The notes under the pieces: model-generated
Databases searched by the model: none
Told to the model about the DNA's origin: nothing
What the model saw: only the letters and a program-made list of their open reading frames with translations
Translations under genes and position numbers: made by a program
Assembly (NCBI RefSeq): GCF_964355755.1
Contig: NC_092672.1
Span: forward strand, 38,694,437-38,758,436
Length of the DNA stretch: 64,000 nt
Source: Antedon mediterranea
Taxonomy: Eukaryota > Animalia > Echinodermata
Direction of reading: 5' to 3'
In this document: positions 34,301-46,400 of the stretch, piece by piece
Numbering within the stretch: the stretch's first letter is position 1
How the letters are laid out: each line of letters starts with the position of its first letter

Positions 34301-37300
34301 CTCATACTACTGTGTTGTTCTACAAGCTTGTTGAGGATGCTTTACCTCTCTGTCCAAAGTTTAAGGTAAAATTCATAGAAACTATCGTAAGAAGAACTTA
34401 AATTAAATTGGCCATTTAAGAGGTTTTTAAGGAAGTGTAAAATAGAGCATTGAAGCTTAATGACTGAATAGGCATCATACACAATTAGAAATAATAATAA
34501 TAGGTTAAAAACATAAAATTGTAATTATGAACACTGTAGTATGTTACATAGAATTAGCATTTAAAAGAGGAGAAGAAGCAGTTAAAACACAATTTAAAAG
34601 ATTAAAACAGAGTTCATTTAGTTGCGATTTCCTGCAGGAGTTTTATGGTCACTGTAAAGAAGCATTTCCTGATGATGTGCCCCGACCACAAACAAGAAAG
34701 ATGCAGAATACGGGAAAGGACTTGTCTAAGAAAAAGGTACTGAATCTATTAAACATTTGTTGTTTACATCACTAAAACTTGCCATTAGTGACATGTTGTT
34801 TAAAAAACTCTATTTTTTACATTTTTGCATGTTCTTGTGAGGTGTATTTCATGGAATGACCCCTCAACGTCATCTTTATCAAAATTGGCATGTTTACCAG
34901 ATGATTACGGTAGTTCGTAAAGCTCTTCGATCTTGAGAATGTTACAGAATGTTAAATCAGGGAAAAGTTAAATGTTACCTTGTTAAATATTACCAGTGTA
35001 CAATTTTTGTGAATGTACTATTTTGCACTTGAAAAACCCAGAACATGTTTTTATCTCAAGTTTAGAATTAGCTTCTAATGTTAGAATGTTAATGCATCAT
35101 TTTACATGTATTTTAATGTTAAATATATGTTAACCATGTTTAATGATTTTACTAAATGCTTATTTTGTTTAGTCCAAAAAGGTTCTGTATGTAGCAGATG
35201 AAATTCTCACTCATGGTAATGAGATTAAAGATTTTATACAGCAAGACTATTTGAGTTAGTGAATAATTGTTATTTAACACTTAACTGTAAGCCTACAATC
35301 TAGTTTAAATGTTTATACAATCAAAACAGGTTTTATTCTAAAAGTATGACACGTTTCTGTCAATTGTTTTGTGTATTTAAATGTACAATGTTAATACTAG
35401 TTTATGGAGAACATTATAAAATGTAATTTTTCAGGCATATTTATCAAAAGTAATCTTATTGTTTTATTTTAGTTATTAATGTTGAAGAGGTTATTGAATC
35501 CAGTAACAGACCAAAGATAATGGCCATAGAGGGTGCTCTTATGCAGGTAAGAATTAAACAAGTTAAATTATGTTGTAAAAGATTGGCTTCAGGCTACATA
35601 GACCAAAGCAAAGCCCAACATAGTTGATGTGTAATTAATTGATTGATATATAAGTGTAAGAAACTGATTGAAGAGATTTTGACAATTTTTTAAGGTTTGC
35701 ATGAACAATTTTAATTGTGTGTGAAAGTACAACATACTTACTCCAATAAAATATACACTTACATGTTTTGAGTATGTACTTAAATTGATTTGTGAAGTTT
35801 CATTTTATAATGTTTCATTGTAGTATTTGATTGACACAAAACTTGATGAGGTGTGGAACATCTTTTTAAAAGGACTTTTGTTTAATGATCATTTGCCACC
35901 TAACCCATATCCACAACTGGTTACGCTCTTTACACAGGCTGGTTTCAGGTATAGTTAACTATCTTAGTCATCAATCACCATGTGCACTTTAAAGAATTTA
36001 GTACAGAACATCTTTCGAGACGAGGATACTAGTGCATCACAGCCACTGATGATAACTGGGATACTTGGAGACCAGTGTTTGATTGAAGAGTTCGCCCACT
36101 ATAAATAAAATGTTTCAATATTCATTTCTAATCTTCACAAATACAAATGAAAATACAGTAGTAAAATGTTGTTCAAATTGTAATGTTAATAAAAGACACC
36201 AAAAGTGAAATACACAATAAAAAGCGAAAAAAAAACTATTTCCGTTGGGAGTCCTGAAATTACCTGACACAAACAGCAATATCAACTTCATCATTTAAAT
36301 CATTGTTTACTTGATACTGTAGCTAGATTGCTTGTAAGTTATTTTATACTTGCAGAATGAGATTTAAAGGTGATAGTGATGAGAAAGTTTTAAAACGAAT
36401 TTTGCACCACAAAGCCAAGATACATAATCAAAAGAAGTTCATTTACACAATCCCAACTAGCAATGTGTTTGGTCATCTAAGTGCCATCTGTGTTCTAAAC
36501 ACAGAAACGTTTGATAAAGTGCGAGCTGTTGCACAATTGTTTAAGAGGAAAGAATATGATGAACGTAGAGGACAGCTTCAGGTAAAGGCTTTTAAATTAA
36601 ACAGTAAAGCTCTGTCTGTTTTATTTTTAATGTGTAACTGAAAAAATAATCTTATTTTCTTATATAGGTGTCCTTGAACATGGCGATAACCAAAATGGCT
36701 GCCTTTTATGGAATAATGATGCCATATTTGAACATGTTATGCTTGAGTGAGTTCTGTTATATTCGAGGACCAATGGGGAGTCACCATGAAAGTATTCTTC
36801 TCTACACCAAAATGAGTAAGATTTATTGAGGTTTTGCATCAACATTTGGCCATTTTTTAAAACCTGTAGAATGAAAAAACTTGAAAACTACTAATATTCT
36901 ACTGTTCGTTTTATTTCATTATTGAAGTTATGGAGGATATTCAAAATATAAGAAGTCAAAAAAAGGTAGTAGTAATTGGATTGAATGTAAATGAAACACA
37001 AATTAGCGCCCAAGACATCGTAAAGAATCCTGACTATCTACAATCAAAGCTGGTAACTGCCATTGAAAATAAACAACCCATCACTTTGCAGGTACTGTAC
37101 ATTGCTTACTTCTTTTCTACAGCGCCATGAGCAATGAATGTTGGAATGGCGCTATATAAATCGAACGATTGATTGATTGATTGGTTGATTTTTATGGCTA
37201 GTGTTTCATAATAAATATAAGTGGTATGAAGAGAAACGTGCCATGTGCTATTTTTATCTTCTGTGTGTGCCAACAATTAAAAAAACATGTTTTCACCCTC

Positions 37301-40300
37301 ATCATTACCATTTTATTTATTCAGGTTTTTTCTTGTAGATTTGTAAGGTTTTGGGTTGGAGAATTTTGTCAATCAGAAAACAGTATTGTTTGTGTTATGT
37401 ATTTGTTGATGGAACAAAAGACAGGTATGTATGTCATCTTTATCAACCTAAGTTGTTTCTAGGTGTATTTCGTGGAATAAATCTTCATCTTTATGATGGT
37501 CTTTAAATTTATTCAAAAGAAAATGTGGCTTGTATAACTGCCATCTGTCAAAACAATTACAAGGTTAAAATGCAAGATTAAGTCATGGAGAGGTATGGTG
37601 ATGATTTTGGTCGAAATGTTGAATTGAAGAAGTAGTAGTTTAGAAAAATGATAAATTTATTTTAAAGTTATCTGTATATTTGTTTGTAGACAAGAGGCAT
37701 ATTTTCCTACAACACCTGAAAAACTGTATTGCAATCTGTTTCTAACTGCAAATGAGGTAAGATTCTGATCATGAGTAAAATCTTGACAGTATTACACCTC
37801 TTTCACATCATATAGTAAAACGATTTCGATCCAAGTCGGCCCTAAACCGTCTCGGCCAAAGTCAAGTCGGCCCAAAGTCAAGTCGGCCCCAAGTCAACTC
37901 GGCCTCAAGTCAACTCGGCCTCAAGTCAACTTGGCCTCACGTCAACTCGGCCAAAAAATAATCGGTCAACTCGGCCCCATTAAAGTATGGAACTCAAAAA
38001 GTGCAAATGAAGGGGATTGTTAAAATAATATTTCTTCACAATTTTTTAACTATGAATAATTCTGACTTTTAATGAATATTAATATTTAGACAATAATATA
38101 TTTAGCAAAAAAAATAGGAATGATTTCACCAACTTTCCTTTATTTACGTTTAATAAAATTTCAAATTGCACAATTGAAAACAATTCGTAGCTGAGCCTCC
38201 CTGCGCGTTTGGCAGCTTTTTCGATATCTACAACTGCTATGTGTTTTCGCTGACCAGGGGAATTCCCCTTTTTTAAAAACGCAAATCATGGACAAAAACG
38301 ATGTACGATCATTTTTTCTATGGCCAAATGGTGGAACGTAGGCCTCCGTCTTCGATTTACTAAAATGCGGTACCTGCACGTGTTTTTGTAACACGCAGGT
38401 ACTTCTATTCATATCGGCAATGAGTTCATTTTTTTATATGATATTATTTAATTATATTATATTTTTTATTTCTTCATTTTTTAGAGTGGATAGTAATAAT
38501 CATAATAAGTACTTTTTGCGTTCCATACTTTATTGTGGCCGAGTTGACCGATTAGTTTTTGGCCGAGTTGACGTGAGGCCGAGTTGACTTGAGGCCGAGT
38601 TGACTTAAGGCCGAGTTAACTTGGGCCGACTTGACGTGGGCCGACTTGACTTTGGCCGAGACGGTTTGGGGCCGACTTGACCTGCACCCGAAATACCCAG
38701 TAAAACACACGGAGCATGAACATTAAAGTGGTATTATAGACATTATCTCAGTTAATTCTATGTGCTGTATTTCAGGCCTGTAATCACATCACTAATGTTT
38801 CTTGTGGTGCTAATGTGTCAAATCCAATGGAAATGTCTACATTGAAACCTGTGTTAAAGTCAGTGAACCAACAAATATTACAAGACCTGGCAGACAACAA
38901 ATTACTACCAGTCTATGAATTACTGTTAATAAAATCTCTCCTGAAGCAGGTGAGAATTGTATGGCTAAAGCGACTTTGAAAAGGTGAAATTATAAAGTAC
39001 TGTACTTCAAATGTGCTTGATGTTTGTGATGAAAGTGGAACTGTGGCTTGGTGGTTATGATTTTACACTTTGTAATTGGTTTTGTTTTATCTGTTTTTGT
39101 ATATCTCAAACATAATTTCTATGTATATTGTATATTCAAAGGACAATCCACTGATGAATGAAAGAATGCTTAGCTACCAATCCAAGGGTCCTGGGTTAAA
39201 GTCCTGGATTTTTTCTAATGACAAATTGTAACTCCAAAGACTTTTCTTTTAATAAGACATCTTGTGTATATGTTTGTCTTGTGAACAGGATTGCCACCTT
39301 TCAGAAGGATAGTGAATGAATTCGCTTATGGTTATCTTTGGCAATTTGCCAAAAAAACAAAACATGCACTATAATGGGAAAATCAAGGAACTTGTTTTTT
39401 ATCTCGCATTACACAAATTTAGTTTGGTAATAAGTTACAGTATTTACGATCTAACTTGTTTTTAGGAATTCAACTATTTACCAGATATCTGGCGCATGTT
39501 TCATTCTGCTGGCCCAGCAATGGAATATCTAAACCACTTGAACAGTGCACTTCAGTCATTAGTTAGCCATGTAATAAGTGTGACGACTACAAGAGCTACA
39601 GCAACTGATGAGGTAGTAATAATGTGTTATAAAATCTTGAGTCACTTCATACTAACGTAGTATTTGTAACGATAAAAAAGATGTTGTTTTTTCATTAAAC
39701 AATTTGTAATACAGTCAACTCTCCCAATGTAACTTTCTGTAACTCTTCCAAAACAGACTTTTCTTTAGGTTCAGAAGGTCCCAAATTCATTTTTACCAAT
39801 AAAAACACATTTCGCATACCAGAATTTCCAGAAAACCAGACATATTGGGCCAGCTCAAAGGTGACCGGTATTAGGAGAGTTGACTGTATATTGATTCAGT
39901 CTACACAGAGTTTATATTAATATCTCAATGACTGGGTCAGGCCTACAGTCCCCGTTGCTTCTTGTATTATTAATTTTATTAGTAATTGAAGACTAAATCT
40001 AACCTCTATAAGTGTTCTTATTTGTTATATCAGTTTGGATTTGATAGCATGTCTTTGGGTAAGATGATGAAGGCATACCAGGAAAAGCTGGAGTCTGTGT
40101 TGAGTAGTAGCTTTTCTGCTAAGAGTATTTGGCCCATTATCAAGAGAAAGTTACAGTTGATAACTGAACGAAGTCAGGTCTCCAATGACCTTAGTTTGTG
40201 CATTAAAGAGCAGGTAAAAAACAATTCAAATTATAGTCCTTGTCTCATAGATTATTCTGTATTACTGTAAAATATCACTATTTTGGTCAGTGAATCTTTT

Positions 40301-40589
40301 AAAATTGTTAGTATTTAAAATAAAATGTTGGGTGTGGTGTATGTTATTGTTTATGCTATCTATGCATAACATAGAGTATGGGTTAGTAATGAAGGAGTGT
40401 AGTGTACACAAGGACTTTCTAATAATACAGGTGTTGCACCACCTGTTTTTTTTACAGACAGTTTGTGTTCTTGAAGAGGTTAATACACTTTTAGAACCAG
40501 TACAAGCATTGCTAATAAAAGATTTACACAGTATATGTAGTAGTGTCCACACTGAGTTAAAGGCTATACAGGTGACAGAGAGTAGATAA
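28304..40589 (+). CDS. Uncharacterised ~1,200-aa protein, about 28 exons, two tandem diverged modules each starting with a Dpy-30/RIIa-like docking motif
   Basis: Phase-compatible GT-AG exons from ATG 28304 (MSNQGSSKD..) through about 28775, 29198, 29960, 31015, 31246, 31453, 31842, 32133, 32662, 33180, 33729, 34070, 34272, 34638, 35173, 35473, 35824, 36356, 36668, 36928, 37325, 37690, 38776, 39466, 40034 and 40458 to TAA 40589. The exon near 32969 has an uncertain donor. Confidence 0.8.
30393..30805. repeat. 21-bp minisatellite (TGTTCACCCTCAACATAGAGG)n in two blocks, each preceded by the same ~33-bp leader
   Basis: TTTTATGTGAAAGCCTGATTTTGATAGGAAATC occurs twice, followed by about 4 and about 12 units. 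Confidence 0.95.
32786..32910 (+). mobile_element. Truncated tRNA-derived SINE, family B
   Basis: TGGCCGAGCG..TAAGACAG and GGTTCTGGTGGTAGAA..GAGTCTTCT..GATAA..GACTATAAACTGT match the fuller reverse-strand copy at 53040-53382. Confidence 0.7.
33346..33547. mobile_element. ~200-bp MITE with TAA flanks (Harbinger-like)
   Basis: TAA|AAGCCAACTCAGATAG..CGATGAGGCCC pairs with GGGCCTCATCG..CTGTCTGAGTTGGCCT|TAA. Confidence 0.75.
33817..33964. repeat. 37-bp tandem repeat, 4 copies, directly after a splice donor
   Basis: CTTTATGTTATTCAGCATACACACATTTAACATTATA repeated. Confidence 0.92.
37822..38698. mobile_element. 877-bp non-autonomous DNA transposon with GTCAACTCGGCC subterminal arrays (MuDR-like), 8-bp TSD
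   Basis: AGTAAAAC duplicated at 37814-21 and 38699-706; inverted arrays of GTCAA[C/G]TCGGCC at both ends; G...C termini. Confidence 0.82.
39038..39330 (+). mobile_element. tRNA-derived SINE, family A, interrupted by another ~100-bp repeat
   Basis: A box TGGCTTGGTGG and B-box-like GGTTAAAGTCC; body matches 51739-51955. The insert at about 39062-39160 matches the flanks at 54955-55015 and 58278-58350. Confidence 0.7.
39712..39886. mobile_element. Tc1/mariner-type MITE, TA TSD
   Basis: TA|CAGTCAACTCTCCCAAT ... ATTAGGAGAGTTGACTG|TA. Confidence 0.82.
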
Positions 40590-41191
40590 ACATCTATGCG
40601 GCCAAAATATGGAAGCCACAGAAAGGTAACAGCTGTACAGATGACGTTAAGAATAGCTGCAGTATAGAGGTAGTTTCAGTGCATAACGCAGAGGCCCCTG
40701 GTTTAAGTACCCTAAGTGGCCTCCAACACTAGAGCCCTTGGGCATTTTTAACATTTTCCAACATATTTTAATGCCTGTTTTTTCCTCTGGGCACAGCTCA
40801 TAGTTTTGTAGTAAATATTATGTACATAAAAGATGATTGAGACTAGAGGCCTGTTGGAAACGTATGAAATAAATAATAAATAAAACAGTTTGTGATGCTT
40901 GTTAATAGACAATTTGGCACAATATTTATTACAAATTCTAAGAATTTATTTTAAAAAAAACATTCCAAACTCATTAACAAGTACATCTAATTAGTTGAGC
41001 ATATTATTTTAAAATGTGGGATAATAATACTAAATGTACTACTTTATAGAGATAATTAATGATAAATAGTATTGTATGAAGTATTATATATAACAGATTC
41101 CTGTGCAAGTTGGTAACCAATAGAAAACTTGGCAGGAGTCCGATGTATTTATTCTGGAAGATCAATTACAAGCTCACTGGTTTCTAATACT

Positions 41192-42873
41192 TCATCTGTG
41201 TTTTTAGGTGATGGGTGATTGGTCAATTTACTCAGCCTATCAGAATCTCTGTAAGAAAAACAATTGTCAGAATATTATTGGTGCCAAAACAAATTCTGAA
41301 TTTATATTATTGTATATAATAAATTCCTGTACAGTATTGATACAGTATTTATGTGCAATCAATAAGATTAATATTACCTTTTCATCTTTTTTCGTAGTGG
41401 TTTTGTTGTCTTTTCGTCTGCTTGTGATAGCTTTGTCAGGATATTTGTTGAATCAGAAATTTGATTACCAGAACTTGGAGATGATGATTGAGCATCTGAA
41501 TGGAGACTAGGACTGACCGTAGACTGTGTGACTGAGAGAGAACCAGCTGCATGTAAATAATTAGGAATATTTTAACATATAAGCAGTCGGAACAACTGAT
41601 TATTTCCTCACTAACCCCATTTGTTTTGTTATTACTTACCAAGTCTGTTTTGATTTGTCTGCTGTGCAAAGGCCTTCCCAATCATTTCAGAAATATGTTG
41701 GCCCTGTAAACAAAATGTTTTGGTCAAACAAGTGCTGTGAATTTATAAAAACCTGCTTTTATTTAAGTTATTAATGTTATGATTTTATTTCTTCACCAAT
41801 GAAACTTACCGTCAAAAGACTTTGGTCACTGGCAGCAATTGCTAAACTACTGGACATATTTTGGTCATGTGACACACTTGATAGTTGATTAACAGCATTT
41901 GATTTACTTTTCTTTTTGGTTTTCTTCTCATCTCCATTCTTAAAAATAAAAGTTAAAACAATCTACTCGTAAATGAGCTATGTGTGTGTGGATGGTTAAA
42001 GCAGATGTTGAATGACGAATTGAATATTAGATCGTGATGTGTTGTGAAGATTTTTTTAATTCATTTGAGATCTGAAAGTTAATTGTTAAGATGCTTTTAA
42101 ATTTGTCCCCTGTCACGTCACTACTCACTCGGTTTGCCTCCGTATCACTACCATTCGATGAGGATGCAGTAGCATCAGTATCCGAATCTTCGTCGTCTGC
42201 CTTTTCATACTGCAGTAATCGATCTAGTAGAAAACTTTTATCTCGTGTTGCCTTCAGAAGCTTTCTCTGTGTTCTTCTCAATTCCTCCTGGAAACATTCC
42301 TGCTCCTAAAAAATTAAACTTATCACAATTACATCCACATTCTTTCTATAATTTCAAACCATGTGTGTTAATGAATAATCATAAATGAATAAAATATGTT
42401 CCTGCTGGGATGATGCTTACATATATTAAAAAGCGAAGTTTTCTTTTTAATGTCTTATATTTTTTCTTGTAGTCTACCTCTTCAGCTGGTATTAGCTCAT
42501 CTGAAATATAACAAATTAAACAGCATTAAAAGACAAAAAATGAGACCGACACAACGATAGATCATTTCATAATTAAACCAGACAGAGAGGGGAGTCTAAC
42601 AACATTCTGCCCATTCTGAAAGTGTATTTTAGGCCTATAGGCCTATTTTAGAACGAGACTGGAGTATTAAAAAAAACAATAACAACCCCATTCGACCAAT
42701 TCACCACCCGCGCGCCACAAGCAATTATTGTGTGTGACTGTGGTGGTAGGGCTAGTCAAGGTGAATGCAATGCAATTCGGCCTTCTTCTTACAACCAGCC
42801 TATAATTCAGTCAAAAATTAGCTTTGGTACAATCTATTAAATGTAAGTTAACTACAGGCCCTGTACCTGGCAT
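41192..42873 (-). CDS. INO80E: INO80 complex subunit E, 7 coding exons
   Basis: Minus-strand exons 42873-42867, 42500-42421, 42305-42129, 41938-41810, 41703-41640, 41546-41378 and 41248-41192 give [78 protein letters not shown], matching the INO80E N-terminus. Confidence 0.92.
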
Positions 42874-43090
42874 CTTAATTATGTTTTATTTATTAATTTA
42901 TTCCCATAAAATGGTGATGCTCTTTCATTCAGCTTTTTTTAAACAGTAAACATGACACCGGCACCGCGCTGATGTTTTTCTTGCAGTCCAACTCGATTTG
43001 ATTATACTGTGACAGGAAATATTTTTCTCTTTACTTAATGCAGTGTCAGGGGTCGATCTTTTCAATAAACGAGACATTCGTGTAAGTTCG
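42874..43090. promoter_or_regulatory. Bidirectional promoter INO80E/RPL6 with a TCT/5'TOP-like start and a short non-coding RPL6 exon 1
   Basis: GATCTTTTTC at about 43054-43063, followed about 25 nt later by donor GTAAGT (43082); the two ATGs are only about 600 bp apart. Confidence 0.6.
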
Positions 43091-43466
43091 TGATCGAAAG
43101 TAGTATTCAAAATCATTCTCTAATCATAATAATCCATACATTTTGATAGATGTCTTTCACAGGCCAAATTAATATATATTTCTTTCTGTAGGAAACTATG
43201 AAAATGTTTGCTAAATTTTATCGTAAACCCTAACAAATTAACAATATTGCTATGTCGCACACACACAGTTTTAGTATGTTACCAAATTGTCCTATCGATC
43301 CTCCTAGGCCTACTAACTATGTATGCCTAGCTAGATAGCCTACTATGCCTAGCCTAGTAGGCCTAGAAAGTAAAAGTAGGCCTACTATTTTAGGCCTAAA
43401 TTCATTTATTAAAAAATAAACATCTTTATGCTCAACTTTAAATAATTGTTTTTACTGGTTTTTAGT

Positions 43467-46400
43467 ATGGCTGAAAAAAAGAATCACTGCTCTCGCCAGA
43501 AATGGCTGACGGGTGGAGTTCCTCAGTTCAGCAGATCACAGATGTACAGAAGAACTGCAATGTATAAAAGAAAGAGGGTTAGTAATCTTTTCAGGTTGAT
43601 TGAATAAAGGAGTGCTATTTAAAAAAATAAAAATTTATTATAAATGTCTTCAATACAATAGTAATGTACTAATAGTTAATGTCCTATTTATTGCTTGATT
43701 GTTGATTGTCTTGGTTATATTTGACTTTATTCAGTGTACTAACGCAATAGTATACACAAAGTAGTTAAAAAATTAGTAAATTACAAAATTTAAATATTAC
43801 ATTGTGAACATATCCAATAAAAGTCTTTGATTTCATTCCGTTTTATTTAGGTTGTTGCCAAAAAAGAAGTCAAAAGACCGGCTGCAATGTTAGAAAAGCA
43901 GATCAACGGAGAGAAGAATGGAGGAAAACGCCAAGTCCGTGTCAATCGTCTGGTAAGGATCTATTTCCAGTTTCAGACTTTACTCTTGTGGCACTGTTTT
44001 TTAGTTCATCAATCAGGGGTGGATCCAGGATTATTTTTGCGGGGGCACACGCGATCGTAGAGAGCAAATACACTGGGCGAAACCAAGAAAAAAAATGCAT
44101 TTTATGGTGTTCGAGATCACTAACGCACTCTGATTCGATCATCTGTAAAGGGTCTTGCACACCTCACCTATTCAAAGTTCCGAACTTCAGGGTGGCGAAA
44201 GTATTTTTCCGAAAGACTTTCTCCGAAAATCTGAGTGAGGGCGTCCTATTTCGTCCCATTTTAGGGGAGCATTATTATGAATATGCATTTCTGCGCTCGC
44301 CTTCTGAATGAACATTTTAGTACGCTGCGCTTTCCGAATGAATTGCCGATTCTTACAACTAGGAAGGATATCGCTTTGTTGTAACTACGTATTGGTCCCT
44401 GGATGTAGCATGACTCAGATACCGACGCCCGCGGCGGCGTAAGCTGGGCCAACTTCTAAATATAGTAATATAATATATATTGTAACTTTAATTAATTCGT
44501 ACAAAGGGACACTGCCAGGGTAGTGCGTAACTACACACTTTGGCCCTTGTAACTTGATACAGTCTAGATATCGACGCTTGGACCGCAATGAAAATAAGTT
44601 CGGATCATTCACGTTTGTTCCCGGCCTCAAATCCCTCCCGCTCATTGTGCACGCGCCTATTCCTCTACTACTAGGCCTAGTACCAACAGATAGAGAGTAC
44701 TACTACTCTAGACTATTCATAACGGTTATCCGTGGGTCTCTTATTTTATAGCAAAAATATCGCAGGATAGCCTAAATACAATATTATTATTATACAGTAA
44801 TAGTAGGTTAAATGATATTGCACCTTCTGTTTTTTGGACATGATGAATAGTGTGTGTCACGCAGACTGGTGTCACAACGGTGGAGGCAGCAAGCAAATCA
44901 AACTTGTTACAGCACGTGGGCTTGGTTTTGTCTAGACAAATATTAAACGTGTCTGTTGAGCAATCGTATTTCGGCAATAAAACAGACTGACAGAAGAAGT
45001 TACCCAGTTTCTAATCTAAAAACTTTTTTTTTTACTTTTTCATTTACAATTTTTTTTCCGTGTTGATGACGGGGGGGCACACAGGCCCCCGTGGCCCCCC
45101 CCCCCCCCTTGAATCCGCGCCTGATCAATATATAAGAGGCTTTTAAATACTAAATGGACTTCATTTTGTCAACGCAAGTACTATTTGTTTTTACTTTTAT
45201 TTCAGCCTGTTCATCATCAATTTAAATACATTTTAGTATACATTAGTGTATAAATAATATAATCATTTTATGTTCTAGCCTCGGTACTACCCAACTGAAG
45301 ACCTTCCAAGGAAATTCCGATCTCGCAAGCAGGCCTTCTTTCAACATAAGCACAAAATTCGTGCTACAATCACACCTGGAACTGTTTTGATTTTGGTAGC
45401 TGGCAGGTACAAGGGAAAGAGAGTTGTTTTCTTGAAGCAACTCGCCTCTGGGCTTCTTTTAGTCACCGGTAATGTTATATTTTGGAACATTTCACTTTAT
45501 TTATAAATCATTTTGAACATTTTTGCCATAACATAGATATATCAAATGCTTGGTTCTAATCAGTAGTAGTCATAAGTATCTTTATTTGTCCATTAAACAG
45601 AAATTTTCTTTGAAAAACTGGCATGTTGTCATATATAAGTAAAATACACAGAAAATTGCACCAACAAAGAAAAGCACTATAAAAACACAAAAACAACATT
45701 CTCTGAAAAAAAAGTGGCCAAACAATTCAAATTGACTTATAATAATTCAATATTGCAAATTTATGGTAATTAAATTGTTTATATAATTACAAGAGTACAG
45801 TCAACTTAACTCAGTTGGGGCAATGTGTTCTCACAGTCTTTGCTGTTTATTATTGTGTGGTTTCTTGTAAGCCTGTATTTGTATATCAATAATTGTAAGC
45901 CTGTATTTGTATATCAATAATTGTAAGCCTGTATTTGTATATCAATAATTGTAAGTTTCTTTTCAAATTGACAGGCCCAATGCAACTGAATGGTTGTCCA
46001 CTGAGACGAATCAATCAGAAATATGTCATCGCCACCAAGACAAAACTTGACATAAACAGTGTCAAGATTCCAGAGAGACTCAATGACAAATACTTCAAAC
46101 GACAAAAATTGAGAAAACCAAAACATCAAGAAGGAGAAATCTTTGAAAGCGAGGAACAGGTCAGTATGATTTTATAACATTCAGTACAGTAGTATGCAAA
46201 AATATCCAAAAATTAATTAATTTATATAATTCCAAATATTATTTTCAGGAATCTTTACTTTTATGTTGAACCATACACATGTACTGATGATATGGTTATT
46301 AGAAATTATGTTTTTAAAAAAAAAATAGAAATACAGTGTGTCGGATGAACGGATATGCACTTATGATATTGTTAGTATTAACAATTTTTTTTTTATATAG

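Noticed and set aside
44840-44992. C/D box snoRNA in the RPL6 intron (ATGATGA ... CTGA)
   Set aside because: Lies inside a transposon; no terminal stem or recognisable rRNA guide seen.
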